From a virus (taxonomy: Duplodnaviria > Caudoviricetes), in IMG/VR virus record IMGVR_UViG_3300035498_000844, positions 9,842-73,841 of that record: DNA of 64,000 nucleotides, one strand, 5' to 3'. The notes under the pieces are model-generated. The model did no database searches, was not told the origin of the DNA, and saw nothing but the letters and a program-made list of their open reading frames with translations. The translations under genes and the position numbers were made by a program. Shown here in pieces: positions 47,201-57,069 of this stretch. Each line of letters begins with the position of its first letter. Within the stretch, counting starts at the first letter, position 1.

Positions 47201-48024
47201 GAGCCAATGGAAAAGGTCAAATTATTATAGATCCAAGCAATAATAAAGCTCAATTATATTCTGGCAACTATAGTACTAGTAATAAGACTGGAATGATGAT
47301 TGATTTAACAACTCCAGAAATTAAATTTGGTAGTGGAACTTTTTCTGTTGATAAAGATGGTAAGATAAAATCTACAAGTGGAACAATTGGTGGATGGACT
47401 ATTACAGAGAACAGCTTATATACAGGAAGCAAACAAACATTTGATAATACTACCAATGGAATTTTCTTAGGATCAGGCGGTACTGTTAATATAGGAAATT
47501 CATCAAAATATTTAAAATATTCTAATGGGACTTTATCAATAAAAGGAACTGTAAATGCTGATGAGGGCTATATAGGTGGATGGACTATTAAAGATGGAAA
47601 TCTTGAAGGTAGTGACACTTCAAAGATAGTAGCTGGAACAATTGAAGGCTCTACCATTTCTGGTGGTTCAATTTCTGGTACTACTATTTCCGGAGGAAAG
47701 AATATTCCTTTTTATGCAGGAAAAGGAGAAGTTCAAATTGGAGATTTTTATGTAAGTGACGATTATGGACGACATATATTTCAGAGCGATGATGAATGTA
47801 CAGGAATGTCTACCGGAGATATCGGAGACAGGGAATGGTTTTTTTGGGCAGGATACGGATATGGAAGCGGATCTGCAGATACTGTTTTTATAGTTGGTCC
47901 AGGACAGGTTAGAATTGAAGGCACATTGTTTTTAAATGATAGAAATATTTTAGATATTATAAAAGAATATGCAGAAACATATGGTGGCGGTGGAGATGAT
48001 GATAAAGAAGAAGAAGACTTTTAA
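44215..48024 (+). CDS. large tail tip/spike protein
   Basis: Ig-like beta repeats and C-terminal GTIGGWTI / GYIGGWTI and GxxISG beta-helix-like repeats. Confidence 0.7.
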   Translation: MNTIENNICQAIDIIVQKAISEAEYDKTIQATIVSCVDATIGKYKMKYQDSTFYAYSGSSEITYTEDSIVYVLIPGNNMSKDKTILGAVKKLGINYVTTTEGDEAYEVVGKNCLSSSESFGLSSYREGTYAKILYHKDYSDEQNLITLNKTAVNEYIKNSSTIICGAKIRTSLSGEQQYRGNYGIIFALDFIDNTNNEIVTRYYTIDVDKMTGNPYKLIYETRQYGIFEIDNSNFKEVNYISIFTNDFPTNKPEEECIDDIFIKDIELCGAERLSDDDISNYSLSFVTPQGTYFDNNSLDSDICTLQAQVRVKGKVIDNDSQSLPYYWFIEHAGITSQSQYYNKYGGQGWKCLNNFNVIQKETDSDPTVVEWVPASYEWKIKKSDIGAKEVKYKCAVVYDGTVITKTIIIKNLSSEYDIIIESDGGTQFYFDIGLPTLTCLVSGEKNSNYTYSWGVTDNTGTFQSLESNSNQIKINVNTITNFSTYQCTVYNKQLYIGTASIVLTNSLEAEGVYNLVINDGTYVYKYNENGISPASQAQDSPIEIKALTFNIYDNLGNKIDDGITRHCDIKWIVPSENTLIEIPSSYQASAVDLINGTKTYSNIMSLSYKIADRYNITKTKNNIQLIVKYKGMNLVAKTDFTFVKEGESGTNGTEFICRIVPNVASGEVAPLYPTITQLSGGTWSINYTPVNSNRFFRAQLWHNENKILDSVTSTNSTEGKSASITWSILKNKYTSSVSDTSALTVNAATGVFGFSSFTSEHPAHIVKVIIVYDDVTYYATMPLITVKLTNNNYKVNLKENTGFRYAVYTSDGQSPKYDNNNPFELTITQNNTNVSTGVSYTWSYLGRLYEGGNWINSINIGDRVLSGLASNQKAVKPLDSFDGQCVTNALLCVISKDNTEIARIHIPIHLLLNRYGNSAINGWDGNSINIDANGGFILAPQVGAGIKETDNSFTGVVMGKVKESGQSKEDIGLIGYSKGTRSIFLDAETGKATFGANGKGQIIIDPSNNKAQLYSGNYSTSNKTGMMIDLTTPEIKFGSGTFSVDKDGKIKSTSGTIGGWTITENSLYTGSKQTFDNTTNGIFLGSGGTVNIGNSSKYLKYSNGTLSIKGTVNADEGYIGGWTIKDGNLEGSDTSKIVAGTIEGSTISGGSISGTTISGGKNIPFYAGKGEVQIGDFYVSDDYGRHIFQSDDECTGMSTGDIGDREWFFWAGYGYGSGSADTVFIVGPGQVRIEGTLFLNDRNILDIIKEYAETYGGGGDDDKEEEDF

Positions 48025-48054
48025 TTTAATAAAAGATAAATCATATAAATTAAT

Positions 48055-48483
48055 ATGAAAGAGGTAAGTAATATGAAAATAACTTTAAGAGAAAATAATT
48101 TATTATATGAAAATTTTTTAATATTGTCTAAGCAAGAATACCCACTTATTATTAGCTTTTGGATTATAAAAAATATGAAAAATCTAAGAGACAATTATAT
48201 TTTCTATGAACAGAAAAAAAATGAAATTTTAAATAAATATTTAGAAAAAGATGAAAAAGGTAATTTTATTTTTCAAGATAATGAAGATGGCACAAAATCA
48301 GCTCAAATAAAAGATGGATATGCAGATCAATTAGGTAAAGAATTAAATGAATTAGATTCTTTTGAAATTGAAATTAACCCATATTTATTAACTTTAGATC
48401 AAGATTTTTTAAATAAAAATCTTAATTTAGAATTGAAAGCTGAATTGTTTAGTAATTTATTAAATTTTATTAATTGTGATTAA
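48055..48483 (+). CDS. hypothetical protein (tail-tip associated)
   Basis: 142-aa ORF with GAGG RBS. Confidence 0.6.
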   Translation: MKEVSNMKITLRENNLLYENFLILSKQEYPLIISFWIIKNMKNLRDNYIFYEQKKNEILNKYLEKDEKGNFIFQDNEDGTKSAQIKDGYADQLGKELNELDSFEIEINPYLLTLDQDFLNKNLNLELKAELFSNLLNFINCD

Positions 48484-48563
48484 TTGGACAACTTTCTTCT
48501 ATTGTTTTTATTGGAATTTTATATATTTTAGTAAAAATAATAGAAGAATAGGAGAGAAAAACA

Positions 48564-49070
48564 ATGATCGAATTATTAAAATCATACTCCTTATCGGAAA
48601 TAATAATATTTTTTATTATTTTTTGTTTAGCTGTTAAAGAAAGTATTTCTTTTTATGATTGGTATAAAAATCGTATTCAGCAGAGTTACAATAAAAACTT
48701 AAAAGAAAAAGAAGATAAAGATAATGTTCAAAAAGAGCTTGATGATATGAAAAAAATGCTCGCAGAAAAAGAAAAAATTTTTTCTGAAAAAAAAGAAGAA
48801 ATTAGTATAGGTTTTAAGCAAATTAATAATAATATTGATTATCTTATGAATAGAATCAATATATTAATTGATTCTGATAAAGATGATATAAAAGCTTTTA
48901 TTACAAGAGAGCATCATTATTTCTGTTATCAAAAAGGATGGATAGATGATTATAGTTTAGATTGCATCGAAAAAAGATTTGAACATTATAGACAAGAAAA
49001 GGGAAATTCTTTTGCAGAAACCTTAATGAATGAATTAAGAGCTTTACCAAAACAGCCTCCACAAAAATAA
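48564..49070 (+). CDS. membrane-anchored coiled-coil protein (holin-like candidate)
   Basis: N-terminal TM IIIFFIIFCLAV, coiled coil, C-terminal WIDDYSLDCIEKRF..Y..EKGNSF. Confidence 0.5.
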   Translation: MIELLKSYSLSEIIIFFIIFCLAVKESISFYDWYKNRIQQSYNKNLKEKEDKDNVQKELDDMKKMLAEKEKIFSEKKEEISIGFKQINNNIDYLMNRINILIDSDKDDIKAFITREHHYFCYQKGWIDDYSLDCIEKRFEHYRQEKGNSFAETLMNELRALPKQPPQK

Positions 49071-49096
49071 AAAGAGAGAGAGAAAAGGAGTCGAAT

Positions 49097-51688
49097 ATGC
49101 CAGGAATAGGAAATAATTTATATCCGCCTATTGTAGAAACCTGGATGCCAGCTTTTGTAAGAACTAACTCATGCAGAGTTTATTTTTCTTTATCTACATA
49201 CAATAGTATTGAAGATATAAAAAATGTTCAAGTTATTGTTAGCAATCAAAATAGTAATATGTCTGTACTAAATAAAGAATTATATCCTGCGGAAATTAAA
49301 ATTACAAATTTAAGTGTTGATAATAGTATAAAAAGTGATAGTAAATATTTTATAACTATTGATCCTAAAGATTTAGAAGATGGAATCTTTGAATTAAATC
49401 AATTTTATAAAGTTCAAATTCGCTTTACTGGGATCGGAGCATCTGCATTAACAGACACTAAAAAAATCGCATCTTGGTTAACTAATAATCAAAATTTTTT
49501 TTCTGAATGGTCAACAGTATGTTTAATAAAAGGTATTCAGCAACCAAAAATATATATTAAAGGTTTTGAAAATAACGATTCAGATCTTGAAACTATTTTT
49601 ACTTCTGAAGTAGTTGATTTTATTGGACAAATGTATTTTGATGAAAACAATGAAATTGAAAAAGAATATCTAAAATCATATGAAGTTAAAATATATAACA
49701 ATAATTCAAACGTATTATTATTTAGCAGCGGAGTTATATATACAAATGAGTATAATCCTAATGAAATTAATTATACTTTAAAATATAAATTAGAAGATGG
49801 AATCAATTATAAAGCTGTTATTTTTTATACAACAAATAATGAGTATACTAATAGTATTAATTATACATTTGCAATTATTCAAAAAGGGATTGATGCTTTA
49901 AATGCTACTATAAAATCAGAAGCAGATGAAGAAAATGGACGAATAAAAATTAATATAGAATCTACAACTTCGTTAATTTTTTTAGGAAATATAACTATAA
50001 GAAGAAGTTCAAGTGAAACTAATTTTACTATTTGGGAAGATATAAACACAGTAACTTTAAAAGAAGGAACCGCTTTAAATTACACTTGGTACGATTATAC
50101 AGTAAAAAGTGGAGTTTGGTATAAATATTGTGCGCAAAAAAGAGATAGTAATGGTAATCGCGGTTCTATTATTAATACAAAATATCCAGTTATGATTGTC
50201 TTTGAAGATATTTTCTTAACAAGAGATCAAATGCAATTAAGAATAAAATATAATCCAAATATATCTTCTTTTAAAAGAACTATTTCTGAATCTAAAACTG
50301 AAACCATTGGCTCTAAATATCCTTTTATTAGGAGAAATGGTAATATTGAATATAAACAATTTCCTATCTCTGGTTTAATTACAGCCTTTTGTGATGAAGA
50401 GGGAATCTTTATTAATAAAAATAATGTGTATGGAGAAATGGAACAGTATTATGAAGAATACAATGAAGAGAATCAAATAAATGAATACAATGATTTTGTT
50501 TATGAGCGTGAATTTAGAGATAAAGTTATGGATTTTCTTTATGATAATACTGTTAAATTATTTAGATCAACTACAGAAGGAAATTTCTTAATTAAATTAA
50601 TGGATATTTCATTTACACCTAATCAAACTTTAGGAAGAATGCTATATTCATTTTCAGCAACCGCATATGAAGTTGATGAATGTTCTATAGAAAATTATAG
50701 CAAGTATGGAATTCAATCAGTTGGGGAATATAGTTCTTATATTGAATATACCTATGATAAGACTGGACAAATAAAAGAAACTATTAAAGCAAAACAAAAT
50801 ATTTTAACTTTATTACAAAATAAATATGAATCAAGTGCTTTAGAAGGTTTTATAAATACTGTAAATTATATAAAATGGCTAAGACTAGAATTTAATTCAG
50901 ATCCATACTTTATTAAGACTGCGGAAGATGGATCCTTAGAGCCGCTGTCCGCAAATGAAGTACCTAATGAAAGCACAGTATATGGATATATTGTTTATAT
51001 AAATGAAAATCCTATTCTTGTAGGTTCAAGAAGATATTATGAATTAAATGATGAAGATACTTTAATTAATTCAATTTGGTTTCCAATAAAAACTGATATA
51101 TTGTTAGATTATATTGTTGAAATAGATGAAGCTGAAAATACATCAATATCTGCAAAAAGACTTTATTATTATACTAAAGCTGGTCAACTTTATGGGACTT
51201 TTAATGTAAATGAATCAATTTCTAATCAGATATATTTAAAATATTTATTAGATTATAAAGCATATTATCAAAAACTTGTTGCTATTGATAAAATTACTAT
51301 TGAAGCCATCCCAGGAACAGTTGTTTATTTAAAAGATTCTTTTGACAATGATTATTATAAACACATTATTGGTGAAACAGGAATATTAGAATTTTATGAT
51401 GACGAAACCACAATATCTGGTTTATATTTTGGAGGAGTCCATTTAAACAAAATTACTAATTTAGATAAAAATGAAGTGGGAGATACTGAATTTATTGAAA
51501 TTGCTGAATCTATTAATTCTTTTGATGAAATTAAAGATCCTATAAAAAATGGTGTTTATACAAAGAATAATAATAGATATATTTACTATAATAATAATTG
51601 GTATGAATTTACTAAAGACAATGATGTTTTATGCCCTGTTAATGGAATTATTGATTATATCTATGAATTAATAAAAGGAGAATATTAA
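49097..51688 (+). CDS. tail/baseplate protein (distal-tail-like domain plus Fn3-like repeats)
   Basis: 863 aa beta-rich; TIGSKYPFIRRNG..YKQFPISGLI. Confidence 0.6.
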   Translation: MPGIGNNLYPPIVETWMPAFVRTNSCRVYFSLSTYNSIEDIKNVQVIVSNQNSNMSVLNKELYPAEIKITNLSVDNSIKSDSKYFITIDPKDLEDGIFELNQFYKVQIRFTGIGASALTDTKKIASWLTNNQNFFSEWSTVCLIKGIQQPKIYIKGFENNDSDLETIFTSEVVDFIGQMYFDENNEIEKEYLKSYEVKIYNNNSNVLLFSSGVIYTNEYNPNEINYTLKYKLEDGINYKAVIFYTTNNEYTNSINYTFAIIQKGIDALNATIKSEADEENGRIKINIESTTSLIFLGNITIRRSSSETNFTIWEDINTVTLKEGTALNYTWYDYTVKSGVWYKYCAQKRDSNGNRGSIINTKYPVMIVFEDIFLTRDQMQLRIKYNPNISSFKRTISESKTETIGSKYPFIRRNGNIEYKQFPISGLITAFCDEEGIFINKNNVYGEMEQYYEEYNEENQINEYNDFVYEREFRDKVMDFLYDNTVKLFRSTTEGNFLIKLMDISFTPNQTLGRMLYSFSATAYEVDECSIENYSKYGIQSVGEYSSYIEYTYDKTGQIKETIKAKQNILTLLQNKYESSALEGFINTVNYIKWLRLEFNSDPYFIKTAEDGSLEPLSANEVPNESTVYGYIVYINENPILVGSRRYYELNDEDTLINSIWFPIKTDILLDYIVEIDEAENTSISAKRLYYYTKAGQLYGTFNVNESISNQIYLKYLLDYKAYYQKLVAIDKITIEAIPGTVVYLKDSFDNDYYKHIIGETGILEFYDDETTISGLYFGGVHLNKITNLDKNEVGDTEFIEIAESINSFDEIKDPIKNGVYTKNNNRYIYYNNNWYEFTKDNDVLCPVNGIIDYIYELIKGEY

Positions 51689-51689
51689 A

Positions 51690-53705
51690 ATGAAAAAAAA
51701 TTATTCTTATTTAAAAGACTCTTCTTTTTTAAAAAAAATTGATTTTCAGAAAATAAAAGAGCAGTATGTAAAAATTACTGTTCTTGATTTTTCTGAAAAA
51801 CCTATTCAATCAATTCAAGGAAGAGTTACTGGAGGAAGCTTAAATCTTGATGGTAATTCAAGTATTAGAAGAACTTGTAATTTGAATATGGTTGCTACAG
51901 AATATGAGAATGATTTAACTAATATTAATAATTTATTATCAATTAATAAAAAAGTTGATTTAGAAATTGGCTGTTTAAACACAACAGATAATTATTTAAA
52001 CTATGATATTATTTGGTTCCCTCTTGGTATTTATGTAATTACAAATCCATCATTATCCCATAGTATCGATGGCGTTAATATTTCATTACAATTAAAAGAT
52101 AAAATGTGTTTATTAAATGGAGAGTGCGGAGGGACGCTTCCCGCTTCAGTAACCTTTCATGAATATGAAACTGTTGATGAAAATGGACAATATGTTATAT
52201 TACATCCAACTGTTTTTCAAATAATACAAGAATTAGTTAATCACTTTGGCGGTGAACAGTTGAGCAAAATCATTATTAGTGATTTAGATACTAGAATTAA
52301 AAAAGTAATGAAATGGGTAGGAAGTTCTCCATTGTATATTATAAAACAGACAAAAGATGGGGTAACTCAATATATTGCAACTACAGATACTAATGAGATT
52401 AATTCCCGCAATTACACTATGTATGAATATGGAAGTGATATTGGATACATATACACTGATTTTGTATATCCTGATGAATTAATTGGGGATGCTGGGTCTT
52501 CTGTTTGTGATATATTGGATAAAATAAAAAGTACACTTGGAAATTATGAATATTTTTATGATATAGAAGGAAATTTTGTTTTTCAAGAGATTAAAAATTA
52601 TCTTAATACTAGTCAATCTACTGTTGAATTGGATAAAATGACTAAAGATGATTATGTAATTGATATGAGTAAAGGAAAAGCTGTATATGTATTTGATGAT
52701 AGTACTTTAATCACTTCGTATTCTAATACTCCACAATTTAGTATGATAAAAAATGATTTTATTGTATGGGGAATCAGAGAAGATGTTAGCGGAAGAACTT
52801 ATTCTATTAGATATCATTTAGCTATTGATAAAAAACCGACCGTAGGAAATGAATATCAATGTTTTTTTTACACAGATCCAACGGATAATTTAACAAAAGC
52901 TAAATGTCCTATAGAATACCCGACAAAAGCGGATTTTCCAAAAACTGGCACACAAGAAGTTTTTTATATGGCTCTTGATACTAATACTGTTTATGAATGG
53001 GACACTACGAATAAAACATATAATGATATTGTAGTAGGATTACAAAAAATAAAAACTACCGATTGGCGAAGTGAATTATACTTATCTGGTAGTGTAAGTG
53101 AACCATTTGGAAAAGATTCAAACTATTATTATACTGAATTGGCAAGTGAATGGCCTAAACTTTATGATATTCAAAATGGAAAATTTTATGATGAAACTTT
53201 AAAATATCCAAATGATATAGATTTTTATTTAGATTTTATAGATTCTAGCGCAGCTATATCTGAAATAAGCGTTTCTAATATAGGAAGAAGAACAAAAGTT
53301 ATTAATGATGATAGTATAAATTGTATATTTGAACCAGAAATTCCAGATTTAGTTTTATTAGATACTTCAGATGAAAATCTTTCAGATCTAAGAGAAGAAT
53401 GTGAAAATAAAGGTCAAGATTATATTCAAATGGATTCTAACATATTTAGTATGACAGCTAGTGGAGGAACTTCTAATTCTGCATATAATCTAGTTAGAGA
53501 GTTATTATATCAATATACAAGTTATAATGAAAGTATTAGCATTTCCGCACTTCCAATCTATCATTTGGAGCCTAATACAAGAATTACAGTAAGAGATACT
53601 CAAAGTGGTATTTATGGAGACTATATGATTAATAGCATTAGTATTCCTTTAGATATCAATAGTACAATGACATTATCTTGTACTAGAGCTTTAGAGAGAA
53701 TATAG
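51690..53705 (+). CDS. baseplate hub-like tail protein
   Basis: IQGRVTGGSLNLDGNSSIRRTC; C-terminal LPIYHLEPNTRITV..GDYMINSISIPL typical of hub proteins. Confidence 0.65.
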   Translation: MKKNYSYLKDSSFLKKIDFQKIKEQYVKITVLDFSEKPIQSIQGRVTGGSLNLDGNSSIRRTCNLNMVATEYENDLTNINNLLSINKKVDLEIGCLNTTDNYLNYDIIWFPLGIYVITNPSLSHSIDGVNISLQLKDKMCLLNGECGGTLPASVTFHEYETVDENGQYVILHPTVFQIIQELVNHFGGEQLSKIIISDLDTRIKKVMKWVGSSPLYIIKQTKDGVTQYIATTDTNEINSRNYTMYEYGSDIGYIYTDFVYPDELIGDAGSSVCDILDKIKSTLGNYEYFYDIEGNFVFQEIKNYLNTSQSTVELDKMTKDDYVIDMSKGKAVYVFDDSTLITSYSNTPQFSMIKNDFIVWGIREDVSGRTYSIRYHLAIDKKPTVGNEYQCFFYTDPTDNLTKAKCPIEYPTKADFPKTGTQEVFYMALDTNTVYEWDTTNKTYNDIVVGLQKIKTTDWRSELYLSGSVSEPFGKDSNYYYTELASEWPKLYDIQNGKFYDETLKYPNDIDFYLDFIDSSAAISEISVSNIGRRTKVINDDSINCIFEPEIPDLVLLDTSDENLSDLREECENKGQDYIQMDSNIFSMTASGGTSNSAYNLVRELLYQYTSYNESISISALPIYHLEPNTRITVRDTQSGIYGDYMINSISIPLDINSTMTLSCTRALERI

Positions 53706-53722
53706 AAAGGAGATAAAAGGAT

Positions 53723-54394
53723 ATGTATCATATTGGTCAATTAAGAAGAAATCAAATTACATCTTATTCAACTCCCATTAATTATACAATTGATTTATTA
53801 AAAAATGAAAATGATATAATAACATTTTATGATCCATGTATTTTTTTAACTGGAACAAACACTATTTCTTCTTTATATAGTTATTATTTAAGATTTGAAG
53901 TAACTCAATTAACAAATTCAGTTCAAGATTTTACAATTAAACTAAAGAATAGTGAATTAGAAGTTGATAGTACTCAGACTATAAGAAGTTTTAGCGTTAA
54001 ACAAGGGGTTGGAACAAGTGTTTTTGAACTCATTTTTAATTCAAATACAAGTTATAATGAAATTATTTTTGAATTAAGTAGACTAGATTTAGATTTTGGA
54101 ATTAATAGTCGTATTATGGATATAAAAATTTTAGATTTTTATATTGTAAATAATGTTATTAGTAATTATTTATCCACTAATTTTTCTGACTTAACTAAAT
54201 TAAAGAAAATAGGTATTCAAGGTCCTCCAGGGCTATTATTTGTAATAGATGGAGAAGAATTTAGAATCGGAAGAACTGGAATATATGAATTATATAATGA
54301 AAATATAACAATATCTTATATAGGTTTTGTAATTAAAGATTCATCATTTACTCAAGATGGCAAAGATTTCTTTGTTATGGATTTTAAATATTAA
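53723..54394 (+). CDS. tail tip accessory protein
   Basis: Beta-rich; C-terminal KKIGIQGPPG...IGRTGIYEL domain. Confidence 0.6.
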   Translation: MYHIGQLRRNQITSYSTPINYTIDLLKNENDIITFYDPCIFLTGTNTISSLYSYYLRFEVTQLTNSVQDFTIKLKNSELEVDSTQTIRSFSVKQGVGTSVFELIFNSNTSYNEIIFELSRLDLDFGINSRIMDIKILDFYIVNNVISNYLSTNFSDLTKLKKIGIQGPPGLLFVIDGEEFRIGRTGIYELYNENITISYIGFVIKDSSFTQDGKDFFVMDFKY

Positions 54395-54411
54395 AAGAAG
54401 GGAGAGAAAAA

Positions 54412-55884
54412 ATGGGTCAAGAAAGTTTTTACGGAGGGAAACCAGGCTTCTCTTTTATCATAGTTAAAAATTTTTCTTCTGTTGAAGAAATGATAAATGA
54501 TTTTAAACAAGGTCCAAATTACAATACAGTTCATTTCGATGAACATGTTTTAATTAATACTAAAAATAAAAACGATCCAGATAATGGTAAAATATATAGA
54601 CGTGGATATAATTACACTGAAAAAGATAGTAATGGTAAAGATACTGGCGGAGCTATTTATGTTGGTACTATTGTAGGTCCTTCAGGTCGAGCACCTATAT
54701 TAAAATTTGATACAGTAGATAATGTTGATAATTATAAAAATGAACCTAATGTTAGTTATGGTAATAGCGAAGATGTTGTTGGAGAAGAATGGAAAGGATA
54801 TATGCTTCCTGGAAGAACTTATACTGAATATGGAGAAGAAATATACAATGATAAGGTTGAATGGTCTTATGCTAGTTTTAGAGATGAAAATAATGAAGAT
54901 GCTATTGCATATATAGGTTTTAAAATTCCTTATCCTGTGATTGATTTTTCTGCTGAATCTGTTAATCCTTATTATGAAAAGGCTATTACTAATGAAGAAA
55001 CAGGGGAGTTTGTTAATACAAATTTAGCAGTTAGAACAGATGATGAGAGTCATCCTTTTTATGAAAAATGGCACTTTAATATTCCTAGAGGAATTAAAGG
55101 AGATGCTTTTAAGAATCTTAGAGTAATGACTGCAGATTCGAGCATTGAAGATTATGTAGGAAAAGAAGACGATATAAAAAATAAAAGAAAAGTATTAGTA
55201 TATGATTATTATAAATATAATAAAGAAGAAGAGGGCGAATTTGTAACAATTTATGCTGGTGATTATAATATGATTACTGATATTAATGTTACAAAAGATG
55301 GTGTAGTTACAATTAATTATGACCATGATGATTCTTTTATTAGTGCTTTAACTTTAGTTAATAATGCTTTTATTCAAACTAGAAAAAATAATGATTCTAA
55401 TGAAGAACTGGGGACTGGGGATCAAAGACTTTATATTCAATATAGTGATGGAACCAGCAAAGCTATTGGTGAACCTATTAACTATATTATGGAAAGTACT
55501 ATTTCTAAAAATGGGCAGCTTCTGATATATTATAGTGATCCAAACAAGAGGGGTTCTATTGAATATAATGGAAAAAATGGATGGATAAATGTCGGAGCTG
55601 TAAAAAGCGACAGTGGAGTATTGATTGGTTTAAATATTTCTAAAGCAGATTATCCAGATGTAGATTTTGAATATCAAAGTAATGTAATTGATTTATTAAA
55701 CACAGAATATCCTAATGGATTAGAGGGTATAGATCTTCAAGGAAAAATTATTAGTATTGGAGAAACTAGTGGAAATAAAGAATTATATGCTTTTGACTAT
55801 TCTATTTCTGATGATAAATATAAAGGTTGGTATTTTTTAGGAAAAATTGAAGTTCAATATGATTTAGAATGGACTTCAGTATAG
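54412..55884 (+). CDS. putative tail fibre/receptor-binding protein
   Basis: Last large tail gene; IVGPSG and IPRGIKGD fibre-like motifs. Confidence 0.5.
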   Translation: MGQESFYGGKPGFSFIIVKNFSSVEEMINDFKQGPNYNTVHFDEHVLINTKNKNDPDNGKIYRRGYNYTEKDSNGKDTGGAIYVGTIVGPSGRAPILKFDTVDNVDNYKNEPNVSYGNSEDVVGEEWKGYMLPGRTYTEYGEEIYNDKVEWSYASFRDENNEDAIAYIGFKIPYPVIDFSAESVNPYYEKAITNEETGEFVNTNLAVRTDDESHPFYEKWHFNIPRGIKGDAFKNLRVMTADSSIEDYVGKEDDIKNKRKVLVYDYYKYNKEEEGEFVTIYAGDYNMITDINVTKDGVVTINYDHDDSFISALTLVNNAFIQTRKNNDSNEELGTGDQRLYIQYSDGTSKAIGEPINYIMESTISKNGQLLIYYSDPNKRGSIEYNGKNGWINVGAVKSDSGVLIGLNISKADYPDVDFEYQSNVIDLLNTEYPNGLEGIDLQGKIISIGETSGNKELYAFDYSISDDKYKGWYFLGKIEVQYDLEWTSV

Positions 55885-55895
55885 GAGGAATATGA

Positions 55896-56162
55896 ATGAA
55901 TTATAGTTTTATTCAAATTCAGGGTCCTTTTAAAAAAAATCAAGATATAGTTTCTTATATTAAAAAAACTATTAATAATGATTTTAAATATATAAAAAAA
56001 ATAGGAATACAAACAGAAACAAAAAATTATGTAAGTATTAATAATAAAATATTTGAAATAGGAAAAACAGGAATTTTAGAATTTGATAATGTTCAAATTA
56101 ATTCTTTATTTTTTATGCAAGATGAACAGTCTACAACTTTAATAGATTGTGTTTTAGAATGA
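55896..56162 (+). CDS. small tail accessory protein, similar to the C-terminus of 53723-54394
   Basis: KKIGIQ...FEIGKTGILEF. Confidence 0.6.
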   Translation: MNYSFIQIQGPFKKNQDIVSYIKKTINNDFKYIKKIGIQTETKNYVSINNKIFEIGKTGILEFDNVQINSLFFMQDEQSTTLIDCVLE

Positions 56163-56193
56163 GAGAAGATATATAATCTTCTCTCATTTTTTT
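56160..56193 (+). terminator. intrinsic terminator
   Basis: TGAGAGAAGAT/ATCTTCTCTCA plus T-tract. Confidence 0.8.
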
Positions 56194-56413
56194 ATGCATT
56201 TTTTTAAATTTGTTAAGTAATTTTAAATTGTAATTAAGTTAATTAATTTAAATAATATTCTTATGATAATTTTACTGTTCTTTATAAATAAAATTAACTA
56301 CCTGCTAAATTTTTGCGCGTTAATAAATTTTAATAAAAATTTAGGGCAAGTTATAAAATTTATTACAATATAATTTTTACATAATAGTGCAAGGGAAAGG
56401 AGTGAAAAGTAAA

Positions 56414-56884
56414 ATGTATCAACCAATGACACAATTACAAAATAGTCCTTATTACCAATACCCTTATAATCAACAGTATCAACGTTTAACTCAAATGGAA
56501 CAACAGGCGCAAATGGCTCCACAATATGGAATGCAGTCTACTGTAGGCCAGCCACAAAATTATATAAAAGGTAGACCTGTAGTTTCTATAGAGGAAGCCC
56601 GCGCATCTCAAATTGATTTAGACGGATCACTGTTTGTTTTTACTGACATAGGTAATAAAAAGATTTATACTAAACAAATAAATCTTGATGGAACCGCTAC
56701 TTTAAACACTTATTCTCTTGTAGAAAATGTAGCGCCCACAGAAAGTTATGTCACTAAAACAGAATTTGATAGCGCAATTGCCGCTATTAGAGAAGAAATG
56801 GTAAAAGGAATTGAAGAAAGGAAAAATGATAATGATACCACAGGAACTATTAAAAAGCCAATTAATAAACAATCCTCTTTTTAG
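56414..56884 (+). CDS. cassette gene 1: Gln/Tyr/Pro-rich N-terminus plus small beta domain
   Basis: YQYPYNQQYQ...; GRPVVSIEEARAS...KKIYTKQIN.DGTA. Confidence 0.75.
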   Translation: MYQPMTQLQNSPYYQYPYNQQYQRLTQMEQQAQMAPQYGMQSTVGQPQNYIKGRPVVSIEEARASQIDLDGSLFVFTDIGNKKIYTKQINLDGTATLNTYSLVENVAPTESYVTKTEFDSAIAAIREEMVKGIEERKNDNDTTGTIKKPINKQSSF

Positions 56885-57014
56885 TCGAGCAAAAGAAATG
56901 GCAGAAGGTAAGTCACCTGATGAATTAGAAAAAATTGCAAGAAACTTATGTCAACAGAGAGGGATTAATTTTGATGAAGCTTGGAAAATGTTTCAACAAC
57001 AATTCAAATTTTAA
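56826..57014 (+). CDS. cassette gene 2: small helical protein
   Basis: NNPLFSRAKEMAEGKSPDELEKIARNLCQQRGI. Confidence 0.7.
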   Translation: MIMIPQELLKSQLINNPLFSRAKEMAEGKSPDELEKIARNLCQQRGINFDEAWKMFQQQFKF

Positions 57015-57069
57015 TGACGTAAACTTTTAGGAAAGGGAAAATGAATTTTTTTAGGAAAAGGAGATTATT

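Noticed and set aside
48564-49070. Complete lysis cassette
   Set aside because: Only a holin-like candidate; no amidase, muramidase or peptidase endolysin recognised in the window
44215-56162. Diversity-generating retroelement acting on tail genes
   Set aside because: No reverse transcriptase and no template/variable repeat pair seen by eye in the window
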